Positions 11,772 through 24,685 of a stretch of 64,000 bases of DNA are shown here, piece after piece. The notes under the pieces were generated by a model. That model saw only the letters and a list, made by a program, of their open reading frames with translations, had not been told where the DNA came from and searched no databases. Each line of letters starts with the position of its first letter. The first letter of the stretch is position 1. This DNA is from Octopus vulgaris (Eukaryota): positions 3,224,001-3,288,000 of the forward strand of contig OX597831.1 of the NCBI GenBank assembly GCA_951406725.2. Direction: 5' to 3'. The translations under genes and the position numbers were made by a program.

Positions 11772-12183
11772 GGCGCAGGAGTGGCTGTGTGGTAAGTAGC
11801 TTGCTAACCAACCACATGGTTCCGGGTTCAGTCCCACTGCGTGGCATCTTGGGCAAGTGTCTTCTGCTATAGCCCCAGGCCGACCAATGCCTTGTGAGTG
11901 GATTTGGTAGACGGAAACTGAAAGAAGCCTATCGTATATATGTATATATATATATATATGTATGTGTGTATATGTTTGTGTCTGTGTTTGTCCCCCTAGC
12001 ATTCCTTGACAACCGATGCTGGTGTGTTTACGTCCCCGTCACTTAGCGGTTCGGCAAAAGAGACCGATAGAATAAGTACTGGGCTTACAAAGAATAAGTC
12101 CCGGGGTCGATTTGCTCGACTAAAGGCGGTGCTCCAGCATGGCCGCAGTCAAATGACTGAAACAAGTAAAAGAGTAAAGAGAG
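11772..12183 (+). mobile_element. SINE family A, near full-length young copy
   Basis: A-box tggctgtgtggt, B-box ggttcagtccc, CORE-like cttgggcaagtg, central microsatellite, 3' stem-loop and (GTAAAAGA)n tail. Confidence 0.9.
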
Positions 12184-12225
12184 AAAGAGTATGCAAATCT
12201 ACAAATGCATATATATATATAGAAG

Positions 12226-12345
<120 letters not shown>

Positions 12346-13736
12346 TAGGTATAATTATATGTCAGTATTATTCAACATTTATACAGAATGCTTGTGTCCC
12401 AGTTATGTGGATCTATACAGGCCTATGTATTTGCAAGAATTTTCATACTCTTGTAAAATTTCCACATTTTTATCCATTACATCTGCCCATCATCTCCATT
12501 ATCCTTGGATAGTTGCTCCTTTCTTCAGTCAAGATATTTCTATCTACGAGTCCAACATGTGGCTTATTCATTGGGATAATACTCCCTTTTAAAAATCCCT
12601 CTGCATGTACAACAGGAACAGAATTCATGGAGAAATTTATATTTATTCATAAAATAAAAAAAATAAGATTCTCTTTATGGCATTTTCGCCATCGTTCGTT
12701 TAAAATATTCGCGTTATTTACTTATTTGAAAGTGGTGGGAATATTTCTTATTGAAAAGTTTCCATTTTGCTTTCAGTTAGACAATTAACAAACCCCTTAT
12801 TTTGTTGTTGTTACAAATTTCTATCAATAAATTTCAAATATTTATTTATTTATTTGTTTAACTGTCAGTCATATAAGTATTAGCAAAACATTATTTATTG
12901 AAAAATTTTTTTATGCATTCGTATGTGTTCCATATTTAAAAGATAATTTTTTGGTGATATTTTTCACTGCCATTCTTTCAAAATATTTGCTTGTTTCTTC
13001 ATATGTCAACAGTGTGAACATTTCTTATTGAAAAGTTTAAAAAATTAGCAACACCCATCTTCATTTGCTGCTCCAAATTTCCATCAATAACTTCAGAAAT
13101 TTCTTAATTTTTTTACCAATTTCTTTTTCTCCCCCCTTTTTTTTTTGTCAATATTTAAAAGATAATTTTCTTTCTAAAATGTTCAATGTCATTCTGTTGA
13201 ATTGTTTGTTTAGTGTTTGTTGCTTGGTCAGTCAGTTAAAAAATTAGCAGAACCAATATTTAAAATGGCATTTTAAAAAGACAGGCAACATTAGCTCTGA
13301 AGCTCCTCCCTAACCCTTCAGGTTAGGAAATAAAAAGAGAGAGCAAGAGGCTGCACATTAACTCCGGTTTCCTTTTCGAGCTGATGCTTCCAGAAATATC
13401 AAGGAGAAGGCAGCCAGAAACAAAAGAGCACAATTCTGCAGCAGGCCAATATACACACACAGACACACACATACATACACACACACTATATACATGCACA
13501 CACACACTATATGCATGCACACACAAACATACACAAAAAAAAAACATAGGAAGAAAGAAATATACATGCATACATATATACATGTGTGTGTCTGCATATT
13601 GATACAGAACATGCATAATGCATAAAGGCATATGTACATATACACGCATTTGCATATATGTGTGTGTGTGTGTAAGTATATATATATATGTGTATATATA
13701 TATGTGTGTATATATATGTATATATATATATATATA

Positions 13737-13784
<48 letters not shown>

Positions 13785-14305
13785 TACATTCATATATGTA
13801 TATATATATATAAATAGACATACATCCCTCTCTCTCACTCTTTCTCCTTGACTTACACGTGACCAACGGCCATCCATCTTTCTTTCTTCTGCTTCCTTCC
13901 TAAAGACAAGACGTGCTTTTATCTGTCTCTTCTCAAAGCTCGTTTTTCCAGTGTTCACCACTTCACATCATCTTGACTTAACAGCCCTCACCGTTTGTTT
14001 TTACTGTTTTGTTTTCGCTGTCCTGTTTTTGTTACTACTTTCACCCGCCGCAAAAAATCCCAAATTTTATTTAATTTGCTTTGCAGGAAGGACTGTTTTA
14101 ATGAAGTCGCGTTTTGTCCCTACCTCCAAAATATGGAGTAGATAAAACAGGGGACAACTGATGAAGGGAACGTTCTTTATGTTGCATGTCTCGTTTCTCT
14201 GCTTTTTTCTGTTGTTCGAAAAAGTTCATTTTCTATATTTTTGATTTTCATGTTCTCGTTTCTCATTTTGTCTATGTTTTTTTGATGTCCTGTACCCATA
14301 TATGC

Positions 14306-14345
<40 letters not shown>

Positions 14346-14809
14346 TATACTTGTTCCATGTCCTCGCGTTGTTGTGTTTTCATGTTTGGATTAACTATAT
14401 ATGTAGTTATGTACATATATATGTATGTATATCTGCATATATTTATATATTATTTATATTATATGATCAAACACCACACATCTTTTCCAAGTAAGTTTTA
14501 TCATAATAATTATGATGCACACTCTTATTCTATCTTCCTCTCTTGTTCTTCTTTCTTTCTGTTTTTCTCACATATCTGTGTATGTGTGTGTGTGTATGTG
14601 TATTTATTTACACATAGACAAATACAGGTATAACAAATGCTATACAATATAAATTCCTGATTTATTGAAATTATCTTCACCTCCAGAAGATATGTCATAA
14701 TTTACCAAATGGTAATTAAGAGTATTTCCACATTAGAAGGGGAGATAATCTAAAGAATTAAAGAATTCTCCAAAGTGGACATGCCATAAAGGAAAAAGTC
14801 AGAATTATT

Positions 14810-15190
14810 GTGTGGCGCTGGCACCAGCACCCATACCAACCTCTTTATGTGGCTCCTAAAACCAAGGTGCTTTTTAAATGGAACCAGCATCCATCTCAAT
14901 GCAGAACCAATGTGGCACCTAAAACCAAGGTGCCGTGTAAAAAGCACTGGTGCGGGTGCTGATTCCATGTGAAAAGTATTGCTGAAGGTGCCATGTACAA
15001 AATACACATTCTGCTCTGTAAAGTGGTTGGTGCTAGGAAGGGCATTGAGCTGTAGAGACCAAGCCAAAACAGACACTTTGGAACCTGGTTCGGCCCTGAC
15101 CTAGCCAGTTCCTGTCAAGCTGTCCAACCCATGACAGTATGGAAAATGGATGTTAAATGATGATGACGACGACGATGATGATGATGAGAT
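14810..15190 (+). mobile_element. Family C copy
   Basis: Same motifs and (GAT)n tail as 9040-9262. Confidence 0.7.
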
Positions 15191-15453
15191 AAGAGAGCAA
15201 TCATGGAATTGTGTTTCTGCTACAAAAACATGACATCTTTCCTGCCTTATTTTCAGTAGCTAAAGGTCTTAGACATATGCAACAAGAGTACCTTCTCATT
15301 TAGCGCTCATTGTAATTGCCATTTGGTAATTATGACACAACCTCTAAGGGCAGAGATGATTTTAGTAAATCAAAAATTTATGTTGTACTTTTTATGTGTC
15401 ACCGGCATCTTGTCAGTTATCAAGGCAATCAAAATATGCTATTTTGGTTGCCT

Positions 15454-15515
15454 TGATAACTGACGAGATGCCAGAGCAGGTTCCGCCCCAACATCTGAAA
15501 CTTGGAGTCTTATTA
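15454..15515 (+). ncRNA. Type I hammerhead ribozyme motif
   Basis: tgataa-CTGACGA-gatg...catc-t-GAAA-cttggag-TC-ttatta; GUC site at 15507-15509. Confidence 0.6.
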
Positions 15516-15622
15516 TAGCAACCGAATAATTGTCACATATTATATTACAGATAAATTCCTCTATTTACATAATATCGAGGTCTCTTTCATTCTTTTGTTG
15601 TCTTACCATTACTATAATAATA

Positions 15623-15698
<76 letters not shown>

Positions 15699-16529
15699 AA
15701 TATGAGGGAATATTATTCCAAATTTATACTATTTTCATCGACAAGCTAAGTAGCGTTTTCTATTTAACAATATTATTTAACTTTTTTGAATTGCATTAAG
15801 TTTGATTATTATTATTATTGTTGTTGTTAAAATATTAATTTATATATAATTTCTTGATAATTATTAGTTATGATATGTATATCTATTTATTTATTATGTT
15901 TATTATTATTTTTATAATGTGATTTAATGTATTACATATAATTTAATTTGAGAAATAGTTTTGTATGATAATATATTATTTAATAGTTAGGTGGTCTATT
16001 TATTATGTAATATTACATTTAAGTAAATTAGTTTAATATTAATTGATATTTTGTTCAACTGTATAATTGAGTAAAATATTAAATCTATAGATACTACATA
16101 TATATTAATAATATAGTTAGTTTATCTAATAGGTGTGTATATATTTGAACCATTTCCTATTTTTAATTCTAATATTTATAGCTTGTACTAACATTATGTA
16201 TATTACTTAACATTAAGGTTTTTAATATAAATTACTTAATGAATATAAGATTTTATTTAGATGTTTATTAAATAAGTAAATTAATTAATAATTTAATTTA
16301 ATGTATATAGATTTAAATTATAGTATTTAGCTTTCACTTAATGTATATTTTGTATTTTATATATATATATATATTGATTCGTTTTAAATATTTTAATTAA
16401 TTGTATCTTATTTTTTATTCTATTTTTTATTTAAACAAGAATATATTTGTTAAGATATTTCGTATTTTACAAGATTATTTACGTATATTTTTTAATTTAT
16501 CTAATTAATTATTTTATTGTTTTTATCTT

Positions 16530-16624
16530 TAACCTGAAGAGTGGCTATATTTATATTGAAGTGATTTTAGTATTATTATTACTATTATCATTTCTTAAAT
16601 ATAGCCATGAAACATGTGTCATTA
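16530..16624 (+). ncRNA. Type I hammerhead ribozyme motif with a long stem II
   Basis: CTGAAGA 16534-16540; 13-bp stem gtggctatattta/taaatatagccat extended by gaagtgat/atcatttc; GAAA 16609-16612; GUC 16618-16620. Confidence 0.6.
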
Positions 16625-17094
16625 TTCTACCAAATATATACGTTTTATTTATTATTTTGCACATTACTTTATTATTGTTGTATGTTTTATCTTATATTTA
16701 ATCTTTCTATTAGATGTAAATTTTCTAAATGGTATAATAGAATTTTTCATTATTGAATTGGTAAAAGGTGTTTTTTTACTAATTTATATATATGTTATGA
16801 CCTGCAGAACAATAACACTTTCTATTATAGGCACAAGGCCTGAAATTTTGGGGGAGGGTTTTGTCAATTACATCAACCTAAGGGTATAACTGGTATTTAT
16901 GTCATTGACCCGGAAAGGATGAAAGGCAAAGTTGACCTTAGCAGAATTTGAATACAGAACATAAAGACAGACAAATTGCTGCAAATCATTTTGTTTGAAA
17001 TGCCAACGACTTTGCCAGCTTACTTGCCTTACCCATTAAACAATAATAAACAGAAGGGAGCTGAAAAGCCACCTCTGATTGATACCTTACTGCA

Positions 17095-17510
17095 TACTCT
17101 TTTACTCTTTTACTTGTTTCAGTCATTTGACTGCGGCCATGCTGGAGCACCACCTTTAGTCGAGCAACTCGACCCCGGAACTTATTCTTTTGTAAGCCCA
17201 GTACTTATTCTATCTGTCTCTTTTGCCAAACCGCTAAGTGACGGGGACGTAAACACACCAGCATCGGTTGTCAAGCAATACTAGGGGGACAAACAGACAC
17301 ACAAACACACACACACACCTACATACATATATATATATACATATATACGACTGGCTTCTTTCAGTTTCTGTCTACCAAATCCACTCACAAGGCATTGGTC
17401 GGCCCGGGGCTATAGCAGAAAACACTTGCCCAAGGTGCCAAGCAGTGGGACTGAACCAGGAACCATGTGGTTGGTTAGCAAGCTACTTACCACACAGCCA
17501 CTCCTGCGCC
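17095..17510 (-). mobile_element. SINE family A, full length
   Basis: Reverse complement of 11772-12183. Confidence 0.9.
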
Positions 17511-17603
17511 TATGTTAAATCTCCCATCAATCCCAATGCTCTAAACTTGATGACAACTCTCTACATGGTTTTACACAGCTCTCACAATGACATTCATCTA
17601 CAC

Positions 17604-18337
17604 CAGGGTTTCTCAAGCATTTTTTTTATCTATGGAGTCGCTTTAATTGCTCTTTTATTCTGGTGGACCCCCCCCGTCATCATTTGGTGCTTAAAAACTA
17701 GTTTTACTCTTTTACTTGTTTCAGTCATTTGACTGTGGCCATGCTGGAGCACCGCCTTTAGTCGAGCACATCAACCCCAGGACTTATTTTTTGTAAGCCT
17801 AGTACTTATTCTATCGGTCTCTTTTGCCAAACCGCTAAGTTACAGGGACGTAAACACGCCAGCATTGGTTGTCAAGCGATGTTGGGAGGACAAACACAGA
17901 CACACAAACACACATACATATATACGGGCTTCTTTCAGTTTCCATCTACCAAATCCACTCACAAGGCTTTGGTCGGCCCGAGGCTATAGTAAAAGACACT
18001 TGCCCAAGGTACCACGCAGTGGGACTGAACCTGGATCCATGTGGTTGGTAAGCAAGCTACTTACCACAAAGCCACGCCTGCGCCTATAGTTTCATAGAAT
18101 GTTCTTTATTAATGTTTTCATGCATTAATTTGTGTAGGTTGAACTACGTAAAATGTTAGAGAAAGAAATCTAGCTGTTTCTTGCAATATACACCAATACC
18201 TATGTCTAAAGCAAAATTTTCTCAGGAGCCTTTAAAATACTATTGTGAATCCCCAATTTACTATTTTGCTGTATGGACCTCCAAAAATCTGATGTGGGCC
18301 CTTAGGGGCCTTGATGGACCCTAGTTGAGAACCACTG
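17604..18337. mobile_element. hAT (Charlie/MER5-like) MITE with nested SINE A (17702-18084)
   Basis: TIRs cagggtttctcaa / ttgagaaccactg; 8-bp TSD atctacac/atctatac. Confidence 0.85.
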
Positions 18338-18389
18338 ATCTATACCTTAATTTCTTAGCAACCACCATATGATTACAGTTGTTTAAACA

Positions 18390-18520
18390 TTCAAATTTGG
18401 GTGTGGTATATCTTGATTTTGCACCTGCTCTTCATAAAGTTGATTATGACAAAATTTGTCTCAAACTGTGTGTACTTAGCATAGTTGGAGAATTATGAGA
18501 GTGGCTTTATGACCCTCAAG
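18390..18520 (+). mobile_element. CR1/L2-group reverse transcriptase fragment
   Basis: VVYLDF...KVD motif, degraded. Confidence 0.55.
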
Positions 18521-18721
18521 AGGTCAAAGTGCTCAGACATGCTTATAGGTACACAGGCAGCCAGTTTCATTTGTTACACTGACAAAATGACAGTATCTCA
18601 TGAAAGCTAGATCCCCATTGAGGTCACCAGCCTGTGAGGCCTAAATACAATATATTAGTGGGATGAAAGAAACCCATCAGGATTTGGTTGTCAGAAACTG
18701 AAAGAAGTCCGGTGCATGTAT

Positions 18722-19138
18722 ACTCTTTTACTCTTTTACTCTTTTACTTGTATCAGTCATTTGACTGCGGCCATGCTGGAGCACCGCCTTTAGTCGAGCA
18801 AATCGACCCCGGGACTTATTCTTTGTAAGCCCAGTACTTATTCTATCGGTCTCTTTTTGCCAAACCGCTAAGTGACGGGGACGTAAACACACCAGCATCG
18901 GTTGTCAAGCAATGCTAGGGGGACAGACACAGACACACAAACATATACACACACATATATATATATACAAATATACGACAGGCTTCTTTCAGTTTCCGTC
19001 TACCAAATCCACTCACAAGGCATTGGTCGGCCCGGAGCTATAGCAGAAGACACTTGCCCAAGATGCCACGCAGTGGGACTGAACCCGGAACCATGTGGTT
19101 GGTTAGCAAGCTACTTACCACACAGCCACTCCTGCGCC
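18722..19138 (-). mobile_element. SINE family A, full length young copy
   Basis: Nearly identical to 11772-12183, reversed. Confidence 0.9.
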
Positions 19139-19174
19139 TATGTGTGTATATATATATATATATATATCTTTATA

Positions 19175-19375
19175 TATATAGTTAAACCAAACATGAAAAC
19201 ACAACAACGCAAGGACGTGGAACAAGTATGGTGTTATTGGACGCTCAGGAAAGGAAAGAAAGAAGGAGGATTTAACGTTTTGAGTGAAGCTCTTCGTCAG
19301 AAACATAGAGAAAGGAAAGGTCCAAGGAAGGGAAGATTGAGAAAGAAAATTGCCAATGATACACACACGGTCACA
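19175..19375 (-). mobile_element. PLE-type short repeat with mutated hammerhead; paralog of 31770-31968
   Basis: Reverse complement match to 31770-31968; GAAA has become AAAA. Confidence 0.7.
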
Positions 19376-19403
19376 CACAACAAACACACACACACACACA
19401 CAC

Positions 19404-19456
<53 letters not shown>

Positions 19457-19740
19457 TATATATATATGTAGATAGATATATAAGTATGTGTGTGTGTTTG
19501 TGTTTGTCCCCCATCACAACTTAACAACTGGTGTTAGTGTGTTTACGTCCCTGTAACTTAGTGGTTTGACAGAAAGAGATAGCATAAGTACCAGGCTTAA
19601 AATAAGTCCTTGGGTTGATTTACTTGACTAAACAATTCTTTAAGGTGGTACCTCATGTGAGGGCCAGTCTAATGACTGAAAGAAGTAAAAGATAGAATAT
19701 ATTGTGTATGTATATAGTGTGTGTGTGTGTGTGTGTGTGC

Positions 19741-19792
<52 letters not shown>

Positions 19793-20011
19793 ATGTATGT
19801 GTATAGGTGTGTATGTATATATATATGTGTGTGTGTGTGAGTATATATATACATATATATATATACTTCACAGTGTTTAAATATGCACATACATTAAGTA
19901 TACCATATTAATAATATTTACATTAGCTAAGCTGCTTCAAACAAAAATTTTAATTTTGTTTTCCTAATGTGACACATATGCACATCAGTAAATATTTGTT
20001 TTTTTGCTGTT

Positions 20012-20059
<48 letters not shown>

Positions 20060-20260
20060 CATATACATATATACATATATACATATATACACATACATAT
20101 ATACATATACATATATACATATATACATATACATATATACATATACATATACATATATACATATACATATATACATATACATATATACATATACATATAT
20201 ACATATACATATATACATATACATATATACATATACATATATACTTATAGATACATACAT

Positions 20261-20295
<35 letters not shown>

Positions 20296-20960
20296 CAGGT
20301 ATGCCCATAAGTCGCTTTACCCATTGGTGTTTATTATAATTAGAACTGGGTAAAGCCACTTATGGCCATCCCTGTATATACCTCTAACTGGCCAAAGCAG
20401 GTTGATTCAGTGGTGAATAAGTGTGTGACACTAAAGGATGGAAATGACCATCGGGTATCGATGTCTTGCACTCCTGGGGTGATTTTGTTTTGCCTAGCTT
20501 GAGGTATCTTTTATTTGTTTCCGTAATTAGACTGTGGCCAAGCTGGTGCACTGTTTTAAAGGGTTTTAGTTAAATAAATTGACTCCAAGACTTGTTTTTT
20601 GGCCTATCAGTTCTATCAGTCCCTTTTGCTGAACCACTAGGTTATGGGGATGTAAACACACCAACACCTGTTGTGAGGCAGTGGTGGGGGACAAATGCAG
20701 ATACGAAGACACATCCACACACACACACTGGTTTTTTATTTTGTCTTGACTAGTTCAATAAATGAACGAAAGCGCTAATAAAGAATTATCCAAAATTCTG
20801 ACTGCCTCCTTTTTCTCAATATACAATATCTGTACTGCACTTCAAACACTCTATACATACATACATACATACATACATACATACATACATACATACATAC
20901 ATACATACACATATATACATATATATAATCAAAATAAGCAACAAGGATATCCAGAGGTAA

Positions 20961-21052
20961 TGCAGTACGATCGTTTCATGCAACTCCATTTAATTGAACA
21001 ATGCAATCATTTCATTACATCAATTTAAAATGTAGAGCAATCTTCAGCTGCA
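20961..21052 (-). ncRNA. Type I hammerhead ribozyme motif
   Basis: Minus strand reads tgcag-CTGAAGA-ttgc...gcat-GAAA-cgatcg-TA-ctgca, with a perfect 5-bp stem I and palindromic ACGATCGT. Confidence 0.62.
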
Positions 21053-21167
21053 CAAAGACATAGAATTTAATTAAATTAGAAGGACACATTAGTATAATTT
21101 TACCCAAAATCACCAAGAGGATAAGGAGATAGACAAAGAACATGTTTTACCAACAACATATATATAT

Positions 21168-21420
21168 CATCATCATCATCATCGTTTAACGTCCGCTTTC
21201 CATGCTAGCATGGGTTGGACGGTTCGACCGGGGTCTGGGAAGCCAGGGGCTGCACCAGGCTCCAGTCTGATCTGGCAGTGTTTCTACAGCTGGATGCCCT
21301 TCCTAATACCAACCACTCCGCAAGTGTAGTGGGTGCTTTTTACGTGCCACCTGCACAGGTGCCAGGGGAGTCCGGTGTCGGCCACGTTCGGATGGTGCTT
21401 TTTATGTGCCACCAGCACAG
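21168..21420 (-). mobile_element. Family C copy
   Basis: (CAT)n tail and gtttaacgtccgctttccatgctagcatggg. Confidence 0.75.
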
Positions 21421-22009
21421 AAGGTTATGTTATATATGTTATATATGTTATGTTATATATGTTATATAAAATTATCATCATCACCTATTAACATCTGTCT
21501 TCCATGCTGGCAATGGTTAGATTTGTGTGTGTATATATATATATATATAATGGAAAATATATCAATATCTATATGTATCTATGTATCACCATAACAAAAG
21601 TACAGTTCTTCTAATCCATCATCTTTGGACTTAGCCAGGACTGGATTATCAAACATGCTGGTTCTTAGATCTCAGTTTTAGGAAAAAACAAAACGTAAGA
21701 AATCATGTTTTTCACAAGGTCTCGTCAAACGCATAACTGTATTTTACATTCCACCTCACTATTTGCAGATGTCTTTTTTTGCCGGACAGATTAAGTCTAC
21801 TAATGCCATGTCATATTTTAATGGTTCTTGAGCACCAAACTGTAAACATCGAAGTCTCTGTGATAGTCATGTCTTCATGTAACTGCATGCAGTTTTCAAA
21901 GACCGTTGATTCTGAATACAGCATTCTCTTGTATTGTTTTGGTACTAAACCATTCAAATAATACTGAAGCTAGTTGTGATTTAAAAAAAAAATGTTTGCA
22001 GCAGGAATA

Positions 22010-22845
22010 GGTGCAGGAGTGGCTGTGTGGTAAGTAGCTTGCTAACCAACCACATGGTTCCGAGTTCAGTCCCAATGCGTGGCACATTGGGCAAGTGTCT
22101 TCTGCTATAGCCCCGGACCGACCAATGCCTTGTGAGTGGATTTGGTAGACGGAAACTGAAAGAAGCCTGTCGTATATATGTATATATCTCTCTATATATA
22201 AACGGCAGTTTGTCTGTGTGTGTTTCTGTGTGTCTGTTTTCTCGTACCCTCACCCTGACCACGGCTTTCAACCGATTCTGATGAAACTTGACACACACAT
22301 AGCCCAATGTCATAATTCAAAACTAACGCAGTGAAAATTTTGAAAAGTTCCCCCAGTTCTGAAAAAATCGATAAATTCGACATGGGGTCGAGAATCAGAA
22401 ACACAAACCACAGACTGTCTAGGGGACGCAACTCGACCTTTTTAACTAAAAAAAAATTTACCATCATTTTTTTTTCCATTTTTTGGCTATAACTCTCTAA
22501 AAATGCTTTATAGTTATTTCCCTTACAAACCCGAGCAACGCCGGGCGATACTGCTAGTATATATATATAAGTGTGTGTGTATATGTTTGTGTGTCTGTGT
22601 TTGTCCCCCTAGCATTGCTTGACAACCGATGCTGGTGTGTTTACGTCCCTGTCACTTAGCGGTTCGGCAAAAAAGGACCGATAGAATAAGTACTGGGCTT
22701 ACAAAGAATAAGTCCCGGGGTTGATTTGCTCGACTAAAAGGCGGTGCTCCAGCATGGCCGCAGTCAAATGACTGAAACAAGTAAAAGAGTAAAAGAGTAA
22801 AAGAGTAAAAGAGTAAAAGAGTAAAAGAGTAAAAGAGTAAAAGAA
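22010..22845 (+). mobile_element. SINE family A with a long (GTAAAAGA)n tail, interrupted by a Helitron
   Basis: 5' half 22010-22186, 3' half 22558-22845. Confidence 0.88.
22187..22557 (+). mobile_element. Non-autonomous Helitron
   Basis: Begins TC after A, ends CTAG before T, subterminal hairpin cccg...cggg at 22530-22545, no TSD. Confidence 0.8.
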
Positions 22846-23149
22846 AGAGCACGAAAACACATTGGTTTTCCTCTGAATCAAGTTCCGGTTGCATTGACTT
22901 GTACTTTTGCTTCTTATAATGTTATAAATTGCTAAGGCTGCAAGCTTGGCAGAATTGTTAGCAGGCTGGGCAAAATGCTTAGCGGAATTGTGTTGAGAGT
23001 TCATATTGTGCCAAGGTCGACTTTGCCTTTCATCCTTTCAGAGTAGATGAAATAAGTAGCAATTGAATACTAAACCCCCACCCCTGAAATTGCCACAATT
23101 TGAAACCAATGTTATAAATTGTTTGAAGAACCTTTATTATTTTCACACA

Positions 23150-23600
23150 TAATAGCAGTACAGTGAGAGTTGGTAACAAGTTCAATGATGAATTTAGCGT
23201 GCATATAAGAGTTCACCAAGGCTCAGCTCTCACTCCCCTTCTGTTCATTATTGTTCTCCAGACCATAACAGAGAAGTTTAAGACTGGTTGCCAGGGGAAC
23301 TCTTTTACTCCAAGGACTTGTTCTTAAGCTGAATCTGTAATAGAATAAGAAAAATAAGGGGCATCAGATGTGGTGTGCAAGAGAGAAGGCTGTGCTTGTT
23401 TTTGTCATGTAATGTGAATGGATGAGGAAAGCCGCATAAAGAAGTGCTGATCACTAAATCTGGATGGAACTTGTAGAAGGGGGAGACCCAGAGTGACATG
23501 GGACAAAGCAGTGAAGTGTAACCTCAGGTTGGTGAACCTCATGGAGGAAATGAGAAAGGGCTGGGATGATTGGTGATTCATTGTACTTGAGAAAATCTGT
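23150..23600 (+). mobile_element. RTE-like LINE fragments
   Basis: VHQGSALTPLLFIIVLQ (RT motif) followed by a degraded C-terminal region. Confidence 0.65.
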
Positions 23601-24035
23601 TTATCTCAGCAAAAATAAGGCTCAAAAAGCATGCCATTAATATCTATTCCTCTGAACTCAATCTTTTACCTGTCAACCCGTCTCTACAATTCCTCTTTGC
23701 AACATCCACCTCTCTTCCACCCTCCTAACTACAGCCCTATTTCCTCAATTTCAGAACTATACATATTCCATCCCCTCATCTCTACTACAAGTTATCCTTC
23801 TCTTTAGAACCATTTACCATGTCACTCACCCTGTGAGCTCAACATCATTCCTTACTACTTTATTTCCCATTGAAGAACCCCTTCCCATGAACATCCTCTC
23901 ATACCTGCCACTGACATCCACTTTGCCACTCTCTATATCCACTCCTGTGAGCCTCTGACATTTGTTGCTGTCTTTGGTGCATCTTTTCTTTCCCTAACAC
24001 TTCACATCAACTCCTTATTTCTCATCTATCTACAG

Positions 24036-24685
24036 CAGTGGTTCTCAACCAGGGGCCATATAAGATTTTTGGGTGTCTATACAGTAAAAAGTAATAAATT
24101 GGGGAGCCACAATATTCTAAGGACTCCTGAAAAAAACTTGCTTTAGATGTATGTATTGGTGTGGAGTTGCAATGGCCCAGTGGTTAGGGCAGCGGACTCA
24201 CGGTCAGAGGATCGTGGTTTTGATTCCCAGACCAGGCGTTGTGTGTGTTTATTGAGCGAAAACACCTAAAAGTTCCATGAGGCTCCGGCAGGGGGTGGTG
24301 GCAACCCTGTTGTACTCTTTCGCCCCAACTTTCTCTCACTCTTTCTTCCTGTTTCTTGAGTAATGCTGCAATGGACTGGCGTCCCGTCCAGCTGGGGGGA
24401 ACACATATGCCACAGAAACCGGGAAACTGGGGCCCATGAGCCTGGCTAGGCTTGAAAAGGGTGCATAAATAAATAAAAAGCATGTATTGGTATATATTGC
24501 AAGAAAGAGTGAGGTTTCTTTCTTTCAACATTTTACATAATTCAACCTACAATTTAATGTATGAAAACATTAATAAATAACATTCCTTAAAACAAGTTTT
24601 AAACATTGGATGGCTATGGGTATCCACCAGAATGAAATAGTAATCAAAGTGGGTTTCATAGATAAAAATGGGTTGAGAATCCCTG
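24036..24685. mobile_element. hAT MITE (same family as 17604-18337, opposite orientation)
   Basis: TIRs cagtggttctcaacc / ggttgagaatccctg; TSD atctacag/atccacag. Confidence 0.85.
24161..24481 (+). mobile_element. tRNA-derived SINE family D with a V-domain-like segment
   Basis: A-box tggcccagtggtt, B-box-like ttttgattccc, ctgcaatggactggcgtcccgtccag; 10-bp TSD atgtattggt. Confidence 0.8.

Larger units (their letters stand above)
15404..16800 (+). mobile_element. Cluster of Penelope-like pLTR relics including an extremely AT-rich tract
   Basis: Two hammerhead motifs (15454, 16530) and an inverted 5' arm (15404-15436 / 15440-15472). Confidence 0.55.

Noticed and set aside
11772-11845. tRNA genes at SINE heads (also 24161)
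   Set aside because: A and B boxes are present but there is no cloverleaf, and they continue into SINE bodies.
12400-12640. Minus-strand exon-like segment after an acceptor at about 12601
   Set aside because: Short frames with stops, no recognisable homology; probably decayed TE.
14145-14300. CTGATGA core at 14158 as another hammerhead
   Set aside because: I could not build a consistent stem III/UH and stem I arrangement; probably a decayed repeat.
15720-16800. NUMT or parasite mitochondrial gene
   Set aside because: Only short hydrophobic peptides with stops in the frames I translated, and no diagnostic motif. The hammerhead inside favours a PLE origin. Not excluded without a search.
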